DNA of 64,000 nt from Raillietiella orientalis (taxonomy: Eukaryota): positions 806,001 through 870,000 of the forward strand of contig JAYWIR010000004.1 in the NCBI GenBank assembly GCA_036172245.1. Reading direction: 5' to 3'. Made by a program: the position numbers and the translations under genes. The notes under the pieces are model-generated. The model saw only the letters and a list, made by a program, of their open reading frames with translations, was not told the DNA's origin and did not search any database. Position 1 is the stretch's first letter. Each line of letters starts with the position of its first letter. Shown piece after piece: positions 13,301 to 24,800 of this stretch.

Positions 13301-15599
13301 CTCCCCCGGACTCACCAGTGCCTCTTTACAGTCATTTCTCTGCCATGTACGAATACAAGTGACAATGGTCGCCTGGATGGAAGAGATGGGAGTATATCTC
13401 AGGAGTACTTCGGTTACCAGGTGATACTCCACAAGAACTGCTTAGCGAAATGCTCATCTCTCCGAGCCTAGGAGGTGTCCTCACGCTGAAGATTTCTGCT
13501 TCGTGAGTGAAGTGGTAGCATGCAAGATGTAGAAATGGAGTTACCTCTATTCAAGGAAGCCACTTGCATTCATCACCGCCCTCAACCCGAACTGAAAAGT
13601 GGTCCGAACTGAGAAGTGGGTCAAAAGGAGGCTTCAAGCTGATTGTGGTCAGACTTTCTGAAAACCAAAAGCAGCACTGCATCCTCTTTTCTGAGATCCT
13701 TACTCGATGGGGGCATTCGTTAACCATGATCATCAGTGTGAGATTTCTATTGTTAGTAGTTAGTTAATTAATTGGTTTCCTTTGCTAACCCTGAAACGCC
13801 CTTAACTACGCATGCTGCCAGAGAGGCTAGGAACCTTTTTGTCGTTTCGGACTAACGAATATCTGACCGCCTTTTATGTCTTTTCTTCTTCATTGTCTTA
13901 AACAAATGCATCTGAAAATCTGGGATCAGGGATTTCCTCAACCTCTCCAGCTCTTATTCGTTGTTGACTAAGGTTAGCGTCACTGGGAGTGGGGAAATAT
14001 TGCTGGACGAGGTGATATCGGCTTTGAACCCCTCATCCTTGAGTCCGGCAGCGAGAGATTTCTCCGATTCACTTGAACTACAGCCCTTTGGAGTCCAAAG
14101 GTCGCTGGTCTTCTTCCAGAAAATTGACCTGCAGGTGTGAGCTTGGTTGTTGGAATTCAGTGTGTCTAGCAAAGATATGTCTAGCTACCCGTATGTCCTT
14201 CCTGTCGAGTTTAAAAACTTGGAAAAGTGACCAGGTGAGTGCCCTTGGTGACGCCAGTGGCGTCACCAAGGGTCTCTAGCAGCGGTTTTGCTGGCATCGG
14301 AGTTTTCATGAACGACTTCCCACTTTCAGGATCTCTTGATCTCTTCAGTGTGCATCCTTGTCAACCTCAATAGGCAGATGTTCATCTGAAGAGGTCTTGG
14401 AAACTTTCGTCACCTCAGCAGTTCCGAGACCATCTTCCTTTCAGCTTCCCACTCTACTCGCATATCATGTATCCGGAGAACCATCTTTCATCTCTTTTTT
14501 GATGCTATCTTTGAAGTTCAAACAAGAAACCCCTTCGCTCCCGGGTGCGGATCTGCCGAGCGCTGCCTGGTTCCGTTGCTTCGAGATGTCGTCGGTCACA
14601 ATGGACGTTTGCGTTCTCCACGAGATAGAAGCTGCGGAAGACGACGAGACGAAAAGACAAGGAGCCCCCCGACAACGGCACCGGAGGGATTATGGAGAGT
14701 GAAGGGTCCAGCATTTCTCCCGGAGAGGAAAGCTCACAGGACTTCCCTTCCGGTAGCAACAGGGGCAGCCCTCTCCGTTGCCCATTTTGACAACAGCAAA
14801 CATCAGGAACAACTGATAATCACAATGAGGGGGTGGAACAAAAGAAAGTAATTAGGATGCTTGGGGAGAGAGCATGTTGCCTTCCAATTAACTTAATGGC
14901 GGGGTGCTCGGCCGTGTGAGAGATGGCAGACTGCGTTCCTGTACCCTCGCGGTCATTCGCCAGCGCTTTTCTCGTCCTGGGGAAATCAGGAGAGCAGCAA
15001 GATGGATTTTGAAAGCTAACTGTAGAGTCCCCAAAGCTCTCTCGTGATAAAAAGATGGCCACTCCCAGCAGGGAGGAGTCCGTAGGACTTCTATAGGTCG
15101 TGAGAGAAAAGGAGCAAGCAAAGTAGCGAGAGCGAGGTTTCCCCGCGCGCTGCTCACGCGCAGCAAAGGAAATTTTCGCACGTCCAAGACGCAGGAGTGG
15201 CCTGCCTTTCAGATATCTTGGAGGCACTTCTCTTGCTCCTCCGTGCACTCCAGAGCATTGATCTCAAGTTGACATCTGCCCCAGGAACCAAAGCACAAAG
15301 CACGTGCATCTGCAGTCGCGCTAGGCAAGTTCACGGGACCGAAACTTCATGCAGGAACGACTACAAAGGAGGACAAGGTTGCTATAAGGGTCCACTCAAG
15401 AACAGCAACCAACCGCTTCGGGTGATCAGCAACACTAAAGGACGAGTGTGCGTTGCAGCTCACGCCAGATCAGTGCTTTCCTCAGTTTATTCGGAGTCCT
15501 GGAGCGTGCTGAAGAGGTATGCCAGGTGGCGACTGAGACCGAAGGACGCTCCATGCAGACAAATTTTCAGCAAACAAAAAAAAAAAGGAGAGAGAGAAG

Positions 15600-16810
15600 C
15601 CGTAGGAGTGCCTCGTGCTTGCGTTTCTTTTAAGAGTTTTGGGACACTGCTCATCATTTTCGCAGTTTGCTCTTCCGGCCTAGGAAGAATGGTGCTTCCC
15701 GAACAAACGGTGTGTGGGTTGCCTGCATTCGTACGAGAGAAGATCTCGAGTTCCTGCAGAACTTCTTGGCTCCTCTCTGATCCCGTGGATGTAAAGAACC
15801 CTTGCTGAGAGTACCCGAACCGCTGCTGGTTCGCCTTCAGAGGAAAAGAGCAAAGCCGGTGTCGTAGCATTTGCTCTTCTCCGTCTGATGTGCCTTCCTG
15901 GACTCTGTCGCCGATCATTCGAAGACAGAGCAGGCATCCATGGTGATGAGGTCGATCCTTTTCTAAACCCCCAGGTCCAGCCAAAGCCTCGGACCGGCAC
16001 TCGATTGACGGCTGCAGACGAGATTCGAAGCAGCCTACATGTAGAATAAGAAATTCCTGGAAAAGGGAAGTCGCTCAAAAGCCCTGTGCTGCCCGCGTCG
16101 GAGGCCTTGTGGTTAAGGCTTCCGCGTGTGGCACCGTGCGTCGTGGGTTCGAATACTTCGGCAGAAACTCTGACGCCACTGCGTCGTCGAGTTCCGAGTT
16201 TCTCCTGCAATGGCGCTGGTGGGCCGAGACATTCGAGCGTGGCGCCGGCGGTGGTTTGATCCGGAGGCCCCCGATGAAGGCCGGAACAATGCGAGTCGAC
16301 CTTCGGGTCCTCCCAGGAATCAAGGAATGGGGAGTTCTCCCTCCTGTCGTGCAACGGAGAGCGGACACCCCCTTCACCGGGGGACCCTCCGAGTCGTCGC
16401 CTCTTCACAGAGTGCACAAGGAAGCAAGCGAGAGCGATTCCCTGCGGGAAGCTGCAGAGCCCCTTCTGAGTTTCGGAAGCGTCCCTTAGGGGTTCTCTTC
16501 AGAGGAGTGAACAGGAGCGGTTCCCTTGCGGGTTCCCTCCGGAGAAGAAATTCCTACAAGCGGATCCTTTCCGAGTTCCCTTCGGAGAAGTTGAAATGAA
16601 GTTGAAATGGAGAGGATAGCCCCTCCCCATGGGGGGTGTCCCTCCGGAGAGAATGAGGAAGGAGATTCCCTTCGGGGTTCCCCTTCGGAGACAACCAGGG
16701 TGGGAGGTGCGATCCCTCCGTCCGGGGGATCCCTCCCCAAGCGTGAGAGGAACGGACTCCGAACCCTTCCTGGATTCATAGGGCGGACCTCCATCCCGGG
16801 GTGCCCCCTA
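15600..16810 (-). mobile_element. Possible N-terminal part (decayed zinc fingers, low-complexity leader) of an RLE-type non-LTR element
   Basis: Long GC-rich minus-strand open frames (15680-16417, 15487-15984) with finger-like HRLCSFPLK and LECL segments; no catalytic motif seen. Confidence 0.3.
16482..16810. repeat. Degenerate tandem repeat, core ~TCCCTTCGGGGTTCCCTTCGGAGA, spacing ~40-60 bp
   Basis: Copies start at ~16482, 16522, 16565, 16625, 16667 and 16713. Confidence 0.7.
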
Positions 16811-16999
16811 TTGAAAAGTAAAAAAAAAGAAAGAAAAAAAAAAAAAAGTCCTATGCTGATGTTTAAAGCTCGAATGCCAGCTTCCATTTCCCTGATGGTG
16901 AAGGATAACAGGCAGGGAGATATAAAGATGTTCAAAATTCCTTGCTGATCTTTAAAAGAGAATCGAAAATCACGAATGATCCTTCGGTGAATCGGATAG

Positions 17000-18320
17000 T
17001 CAAAGACTTTTCGCCTGTCTCTTCATGCACTCCAGCTTGTCGTCTATGGAAGCGGAAGAAACGGAGGCAAGTTGCATGTGCAGAAGATGCGGGAAGACTC
17101 ACTGCCGCGAGTTCTTGATCATCATGAGAGAAATTCGAGTTCCGCCGTCAAGAGGCACGAACATCCGGTCAGTCGAGTAAAAGCGGCATAGATACGGAGA
17201 GTGCTCATAACCTCCTCCCGGTCAGCACTGCGGCTTGACTCCAGACTCCGGATGGACATGATACTTTCTGAAAAAGTCGACTCATCTTGTCCAACGCTTC
17301 CTTCTCAAGCGAGTTAATTGGGAGTCGGTGCTGGAGGAAGTGTGGCAGAGTAAGGAGAGTCAATGTCAGCAACTATCTCCCAATTGCCCCTAGAGGAGCA
17401 CCGGTAGCGGTGCGAGAATTGGTGGAAGGATCTCTGGGAGTGCGAACAGCGACGAGATGTCCGGAAAAGTCAAGGACCCTCTCACACAAGCAAAACACAT
17501 GGAGTAGTGGGTGAGCTCGGGCATACGGCACAGTCAGAACATATACTCGAAGCATGTGCTGTGTCCTCAGCGAGCATGAGCGGTCGCAATGGTGATCATG
17601 AACGTATGCGAAAGAATTCATTTCTAGGACTGCGCATGATGCAACTCCGGGAGGCAAGGCGTACCTTCAAGGGGATGTACTCTGATCAGGAGAGCCATGT
17701 CCTGTACTTGTCGTGATGGCACCCCTCTGTATAATGAATATCATATGTAGCTCGCCGATGACCTCTTCGTGCATGAGGTTCGATTCATTGCTAGCTGCAC
17801 CGATCGAGGGTGGTGCCGACCACACGCGCAGCTCACATGCAGCTCCCTTCAGCCGCGTTCAACCACTGCATGTTTAGCAGCGCTGCGGTCTTATTTACAG
17901 ACGCCGTGTTGTAGTTGTGGAACAGCTCGGAAAAAGGATAGCCGAGCTGTCGGAGATGCTGTCATCCAGCAGGCTGACTTCTGAAACGGAATCCTGCCTG
18001 GAACCTGACCTGATCCTGCAGAGCAAAGAACAGATGGTCATAATGGACACCTCTTGTCCCTTCGAAAGAAGCGACCCAACCTGTGAGGAAGGAGGGCAAG
18101 TGCTGTAGTATGACTCAGCACTCTTCCAGAGAATTGACCGCACCAGATTTGCGTCCATCGCGGTGAAGTCCTTGGGCGACGGAACCCAGGAAACGACAAC
18201 GCTCTCAGGAGGCTCAAAATCCCAGGGAATCGAAAGGAATACTTGAAGCAGGCGGTGTTGAGAAGTAAGATCCTGCGTTCCCTACCACTGGGAACCGCGG
18301 ATGGCTTCTGTTAATAGATC
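17000..18320 (+). mobile_element. RLE-type (NeSL/Utopia/R2-group) non-LTR retrotransposon, 3' remnant
   Basis: LEPDLILQSKEQMVIMDTSCPFE (PD-(D/E)xK-type L.PDLv....iDvt.PFE) at ~18000-18065, then KSLG and NPGNDNALRRLKIP (GsLGsW.p.Nd..L..Lgi); EVRFI upstream. Confidence 0.8.
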
Positions 18321-18435
18321 CTCATGTGAGAAGCCAAACTGACAACGGAAGAAGATGGAAAGGTGTGGAGTATGCAGAAAATTCTGCCTCAGCCGATATT
18401 TGACTCAGACCAAGCATTCTTTTGCCTGCCTTTTC

Positions 18436-18477
18436 TGTATATCATTGTTTTCAAAAATTTCAAAACAATGATATACA
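18436..18477. repeat. Perfect 16-bp inverted repeat with 10-nt loop
   Basis: TGTATATCATTGTTTT (18436-18451) / AAAACAATGATATACA (18462-18477). Confidence 0.95.
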
Positions 18478-18505
18478 TTTGCATATACCTGAGGGGGATG
18501 TACCC
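18452..18505 (+). pseudogene. lon: 54-nt fragment of a Lon protease gene, probably bacterial (Wolbachia-like)
   Basis: Translates QKFQNNDIHLHIPEGDVP, the Lon signature DIH(L/I)HvPEGa.P that precedes KDGPSAG; AT-rich codons unlike the flanks. Confidence 0.7.
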
Positions 18506-18569
18506 ATCACAAAGATAATTGAAGCAAAGTTATCTAATTGTGACTTATTTAATGTAAAACAGTAGTGTA

Positions 18570-18635
18570 ATCAATATCAAATTTCACAATTTTCGTAGGA
18601 GAATTTTTTGCAACTTCCTCAATATCCATTCCACC
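18570..18635 (-). pseudogene. sucC: 66-nt fragment of succinyl-CoA synthetase beta subunit, probably bacterial (Wolbachia-like)
   Basis: Translates [31 protein letters not shown] is the SucC signature; the continuation matches my recollection of Wolbachia SucC. AT-rich. Confidence 0.8.
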
Positions 18636-19849
18636 TTGAAGATCGCAGTATGATATGAACAGTGATTTAGTTGAAGCGCTGGAGCTTGCCAACATGATTC
18701 CACAAGCAGTCATTACTATGGAATGCGCATAAAACCCCAAAGAATCTCTTTATTTTCAGCATTACAGCCTACTGCTAGGTTTAAAAGCAATGAGAAATTT
18801 ATGCCATCGCCATCTCCGCTGTCTTTCTTGTGGACGGTGGAAACGAAGAATCCCCCGAGAACTGATTCTCTGTACGAAAAAGAGGATTCATTTTTCAATA
18901 GACGGAGAGCTCGAAATGATTCGGTTTCTGAAAGACAGTAGCACTTGCGACCATTTTGAGCAAGACCCAGAAAAGGTGCCTTCTCTGCGGACTGCAAGGA
19001 GGTTTCGTGGACAGCCTGCCTAAGGAAAGAGATGATTCCATCCATCGAGCTTCGAAGACGGATTTGGAGGTTGCCACTGCAGATTCTGAAAGAAAAACGA
19101 TGATGCAAGCAAATGCCGACGCGAGTGATCAAGAGAGGCGTCTGAAACGGATTGTAAATAAGTTTCTGCGTCTCTAGTGGCAGTTCCATCTGAGAGTGAG
19201 GAATGACTCTGGCTCGGCCCGAAATGCTGGGAAACAAGAAACGGTCTCTGCTTGCCTTCGGGACACATTTGTTCCGAATTTCAGTCAACGAGAGACAGAC
19301 GGAGGGATGCTCCAAGAAAAGCGATACAGAGAAAAAAAACGAACCTGACTTTTTGCATCCCCTGTAATCGTTTTTTTTTTTTCTTAGGAGCGCAAACGAA
19401 CCGTGTAACTAATTATCATAGGTATAAGTATCGACAAGTTGTTTCCTTCGGTTGCAGAATAAGAACACGTTTATTCGATGCTGCTTTTCCTTTTAGTGCT
19501 TTGGTACCCCTCTCATGGATGCCTACAGCAATTCTGTGGGGGGCGTTCTAGAGCACTGACGCTAGCTAAACGACGTAGCTCGCTCAACCTACACTCCTCG
19601 GAAAGGCTTCCAGGTTGCTATCGAGCAAATTGCCAAAAAGGAGCCTTTGAGTGGTGGAAGGTCACCTGAAGTTCCACTGATTTGACACGGCTGTCAATTT
19701 TGCTTCGGGGGCTTTTCCTTGGCATCAAACTGACTCGTATTTATGTGAGGCACGAGAGTCACGGATGCGATGGGAGCTTTTGTGCAAAAAACAGGGACGC
19801 TGTGGATGAGAAAGAAAAACAATCTCTTCTACTTTCAATCACAGAAACT

Positions 19850-20480
19850 AAAGGATGAGTTTGCGAGGTCATCATCAGGCCATTTGGATACTGGAATCTT
19901 CGGAATAATATAAGATGATACTTTCGTCCAGCATCCAATTCAGCCCGGCCGGAAACTCTCACCTCTAAACTCAAGGTCGCGGATTCCACCATTGCAGTGT
20001 ACCGGTCATCGTCAGGCCTTTGCCGATGCCGCGCTCGGAGGACGGCCATCCATCTCATCCCCACCATGATGAAAATGAGGATGACAAGATGGCGTCTCCT
20101 ATCGGCAGCCAGGGGTGGAAACCTTCTGCATTTCAGGACGACTATAGGAAAGGAGCGCGTCAGCGACCCAGCGACCTTCCCATCCTTACCGTTCCCTAAA
20201 CTGCGGTGCACGTAAACCCCTCCGACGGTGATATCCCCTTTTTCTGATCACTGCCGATTCACTCTGGACGAGTTTGAGCTTCGGACAAACTCTGAGTCAT
20301 ATCAAACTATCGGAGACATCAGGTGGAACACGAGGTTCTCTCATGCAACCTGCCAGTGATGCTCCAAGAGACGACCACGAGTTCAACGTCCTCCATGTTG
20401 AGGCAGACGCACATGGCACATACCCCGGGAGCACGCTGATCTGGAGACAGAAAGGTGGCTTCTAGAATTCTTGGAGACTT
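19850..20480 (+). mobile_element. Decayed non-LTR RT C-terminal region (possibly Ingi/Vingi/Jockey group)
   Basis: GIFGII*DDTFVQH (yLGv.lD..L.f..H); weak C-terminal finger remnant. Confidence 0.3.
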
Positions 20481-22199
20481 CTAGATAAGCTTTGTTCTGC
20501 ACTCTTCCGTGGGCCTCCGCGCGAAGCGACGCAGTTGGATTTGGGGATTGCGTTTCCGGAACGTAGGTTTCCAGAATGTTCATCAACCCGCACCCTCTCA
20601 ACGTGATGGTCGGGAAACGCGAGATTCAACTGAGGAACGATCCCTAATTTATTTATTTATTTGTTTTAAAAAACGATCAGTGGATGTGGATAAGCACAAG
20701 GCAGCACCACCAGCAAGACCATGAAACCTTTGTCACTTGGCTTCCGCTTTCCCCACTCCGCATAGATGGCAAAGGAGCTCTCCATTTTAGGGAAATTTTT
20801 GTCGTTTCATTGGACGAGCCAGGGTTGCTTCGTTCCTGTGCTCAGCATCGGTACGGAGATGCTTGGCATGTACCAGGCACAACGCCTGAAGTCTGCTGAT
20901 GAGAGCCTATTAGCATGATTGCGAGATGATTCGAAATTATGACTCGTAATGGTCATAATGACAGAGCACTTCAGTGGGTATGAGATGCATTATCCATCAA
21001 GCCTTACATTCACGAGTAGATTGCCTCCCAAGCGACGCATCATTTTCGGTCCGCCGATATGTAAAACATTCCTTCCTTCCCGCTTTTGCCTCCAGGACGG
21101 TTGCAGGCAGATCCTTCCCCTCTCCCTTCGAGAATGCTTTCCATCTCCAGCTTCCGAAGAGAAGCACTCTCGGAAAAAGGGTTTCGTTTCTCGCTGCCGA
21201 GCACATGGCGCGAGCTGACGACGGACTTTGTTTGCCCAGTTGCGGTCTCTGACCTGCTCTTTCGTCTCTGCATGGGCAGCTTGAGAAAGGTCGCACGAAA
21301 GCACGGAATCGTTTCTGCAGCTCAGTGGTGTTCATCTAAATAAACATGGCATATCGATCTTCTTGTTGATCTGCAGCTGCAAACGTCAACCAAATCAACA
21401 GACAGCAAGGAAAAAAAAAAATCTCTCTTTCTGTTACTGGAACTCCTTGATGGGAATCCTTCGGCTTCCAGCTGCAGCATCATGTTTCGTTAAAAACCAA
21501 CACTGGAAGCGTTAGGAAAACCTCAAGCTGGTCTTTCTGAAGGTCTGGGATAAGTGGAAATGAGCGTCTCACAAAACGATGACCCTCTTTGTGCAAGTCA
21601 CAGAGATGTTAGGACACTTCATCCTCCGAACATTTCAGTTTGCAGCATGGGATCTTCTCCAACATCCGTGATCCAAAGTTCTTCTGATCAACTACATAAC
21701 ATAGCCATTACTGACCATGCACCAACTATGATCTTGTTTACATCTTTCTAGCGAGAATCGGTGGTTGTGAAAACTGACCAACAAGGAGACTTCAGATTCT
21801 TGCCTTCCGGTCCTTTTCATAAACTCTTTTCGAAATGTTTTGCTTCGAAGCAACGAGGAGGCTGCTAGAGCGGCCGGAAGCGATTCCTCACGTACCTAGC
21901 GATTGACACCGACAGCACCCACTTGTGCGTTGGCAGGAAGCTGTCAGCCTGCTGGAAAGCCGAAGGGAGACCACCAGAGCTCGGCTGCTGAAGGAGAGAG
22001 GAGGGAAGGGGAGGGAACCTCTGGCGCCGTCTTCCCGATATACACACTCCCTTTCTACGTGTAAAAAGATAAGGCACAAAATCAGGAAGAATGCTTTCTC
22101 TATGCATGGTCTACACAGGCAGTTCCTTTAGCTCACTAGCAGGAATTCCTTAGCTACCGTTTCCTCCCATCCTCCTCCCCATCCCATTTTGAGATCAGC

Positions 22200-22980
22200 G
22201 GCTTGTGGTGTCAAGGATAATCTCTGGAATGTTCCATGCGCGAGTGTCGATTAGAATGATGACTTGAGCAATGGCACTTGAGATTTGCGAATGACATATT
22301 TATTCACGCTGAGGATCACCACCTTGCATGCGAGAGCAGGGCGGTGTTATACGATGTGGACTGGATGTGGACTAGCTTCGCGTGGTATGAAAGGGTTGCC
22401 TAAGAGCATCCTCAACCATCGCATCAGCAGTTCGGACCCGATCACCAGAAGACTCGTTGGATTGCTGGACCAGATCAAGAGGGTTTCCCGGAAGCATTGA
22501 AAGCCTCCGGTCAGACAATCCCTAGGGCGGACTCCAGGCATCGATCTGCTCCTCCACTGGGCGTCGCCTGCGCCTTCGAAAGATCAGCGGCAAATTTCAG
22601 AAGAGGCAAGGCCACAGAAAAAGAGAAACCATCGAGAACTGGTTCTCCAATGACCTCCAAAGTGACTGCTTGAGCATGCACTCTCCTTAAAGGATCTTTG
22701 GGAGTTTTGGCTCTGATGAACCGTGGAGGTGCTGAAAGTTTCCTAGACCACGGCAGTGCATCAAGAGAGCACTCTCCAGCATCCAAAACTCCCTGGGCAC
22801 ATACCGGAAATATCGGTTGGGTCGCTTGCAGAAGAGCGAGGATGTGGACCGGGAAGTCCGTGACCACTGCCAGCCACAACGCGGACGCAGAAAAGAAGTA
22901 CCAGAAGGTGGAAAGGAGAAAGTGCTCGTATAGATGGCGGTGAAAAATTCTTCCGACCTTTGTTTCCATCTCTCGCTCTC
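22200..22980 (+). mobile_element. Non-LTR RT remnant (domains 5-7 and thumb)
   Basis: HLRFANDIFIHAED at ~22274-22315 is a decayed L.(F/Y)ADD motif. Confidence 0.5.
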
Positions 22981-22989
22981 CCCATAAAC

Positions 22990-24350
22990 ATGACTGGGAT
23001 CATGGGAAATCGTGAAAGAGTCTTCGTTTATGCAATGGATGTTTATGAGAATGGGTGGATTATAAGGAGATGGTACGCTCGTTTTGCACCTTGAGTGCTT
23101 GTTGGTTGTCCGTGCAGTACTTCGGCGGTGTCTGTATGGATGGTGATTTGTCGTCGAGATTGTGTTGGCTGTTCAATGATTCAATGAAGCAATGCTCCAT
23201 GTTTTTGGCATTTTGTTTTTCAATGAGGATGAAGATGGTGGTGATAAGAGCAACGATGCTGGGTGCATTTGGAGATGAGGTGGATTGGGAATTGTTTCTT
23301 ATTCTTTGGTTGTTTTTCTTATATGAATCATGGTTGTACTGTGGTGGTGGTAATTTATACAACCACAATTACAACGATTGGTATAAATTACCATCACAAT
23401 TACAACTTTGTGATTGGTTGAAAATGTGGTGATATAAATTACCACTACAATTTGACGATTAGAGTGATGCTTGAATAATCGCATCGGTGATAGGAATTCA
23501 CTGGAGCAGGCACATGAAAGAAAGACCATTTTGGTGATCTTTCTTCCATCACACCAAAGTTGGGTGATACCCGCTGAATTGAGGGATGGCCAGTGAGATT
23601 GCAATGCATTTGAGAGTGACGAGGACGGTGGTGTCTGTGGTAATTCATTGGTCTATTCTCAGGATGTCAAGGGCTAGACACAGGATGAGCATGGTGAGAT
23701 TGGTGTGGTGCAAGGGTCCATCACTGTGGAAGGTAGGTGGGTATGCAGCAGTATGAAGTATCTTATAGTTTTTGCATGTCGTAGCTATAAGATCGGCTGT
23801 GCTGAAGTAGTGTGTCGTGGTTTTTGGCGATTCGTGACGTACTTCTTGCCTTGTTTCGCATGCTGATGAGGATCGGTAAAAAAAAAGCAGTTCTGAAAGT
23901 TGAGAATAAGCTGAAGAAGTCGCTGACAAAGCAACGATTAATTGTAGGAGTTGGTTGATCAGAATGATATTTATTCCAGATCATGCATGTTCGTTGGTTA
24001 TGGAACATTGCTGATCAATGCCTATGTCGGGATGGTTTACGATTCGGAATCTCTACGATACGTGAAAGAACGCTTTCTGTTTCTGGTTTTCTGGTGTGTG
24101 TGAGGGTGTTTTTCTGTAATGAGGATGAAGGTGGCAATGATGAAGACGGGAATATTATGTGTTATTTGGAGATGAGGTATCGTGGAAGATATTTCCTGTC
24201 TAGTCATTTTTTCGTTAGAATCGCGGTAATGATAACAGTGTGTAGATTGTATTTTTGAGCGAACATATTATTTATAGTAACGTGCTCATTTGAAAAAAGA
24301 AACGGTATTGAAATTATGTCTTTGGAAAAAGCTGGGAGCACGAATGGGCT
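22990..24350. other. Compositionally distinct, G+T-skewed island with two diverged direct repeats
   Basis: Abrupt shift to C-poor, G/T-rich top strand. 23170-23335 aligns by eye with 24050-24228 (shared AATGAGGATGAAG and ATTTGGAGATGAGGT). Confidence 0.7.
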
Positions 24351-24399
24351 TGCGACAGACCACTTTTTAGAAAGGAAATGTGCGCCATACAGAGATCGT

Positions 24400-24800
24400 T
24401 GCCTTTTCGAATCCACTGCCGTCCATTGATGAGAGAAACACGCACCGAAACACGCAACACAGCATCCGAAAGGAGTTTTTGCCTAGAGGTACCTTCGTCC
24501 TCAGTCTGTTTTTCAGGTAGCTAAAAACTCGGTGGGAGGCGGATCTTTCCGTTAGCGCTCTGGATGGATAGAGTCTCCGAGGAACGGGGCAAGTCCGAAG
24601 CGGAGGGTGAGGAACTCTCCATGCGGTCGCGGCAGTTCGAGGTGCATATCTCCGCAATTCCGTCTTCCGGGGAAGAGGGTTCGGCGCCCAGATGTAGTAA
24701 ATACGGAGAGCATATGAAGGACCCTGGTGGGACGGGCTAGAATACGCGGGCGCATCGCCGTCCACATCCTGAAACCTCTGCGTTCTCTCCTTCCCTCTCT
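24400..24800 (-). mobile_element. APE endonuclease fragment of an L1/Tx1-like ORF2
   Basis: YALRIYYIWAPNPLPRKTEL resembles l.i.nvYAPn....r..f. Confidence 0.5.

Noticed and set aside
16482..16810. CRISPR array
   Set aside because: Repeats are degenerate and unevenly spaced, there are no cas genes, the context is eukaryotic, and a peptide repeat explains the pattern.
18400..18740. Host SUCLG2/SUCLA2 gene with a second exon (IQKRQAKRM)
   Set aside because: The supposed intron and exon overlap a Lon motif on the opposite strand, no other SUCL exons were found, and composition is bacterial-like. The short match is treated as chance.
20700..21800. Additional spliced host pseudogene on the minus strand
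   Set aside because: Splice-like signals are present, but no frame matched a family I could name.
22990..24350. Mitochondrial insertion (NUMT) suggested by strand skew
   Set aside because: No mitochondrial protein, rRNA or tRNA motif recognised in the frames examined.
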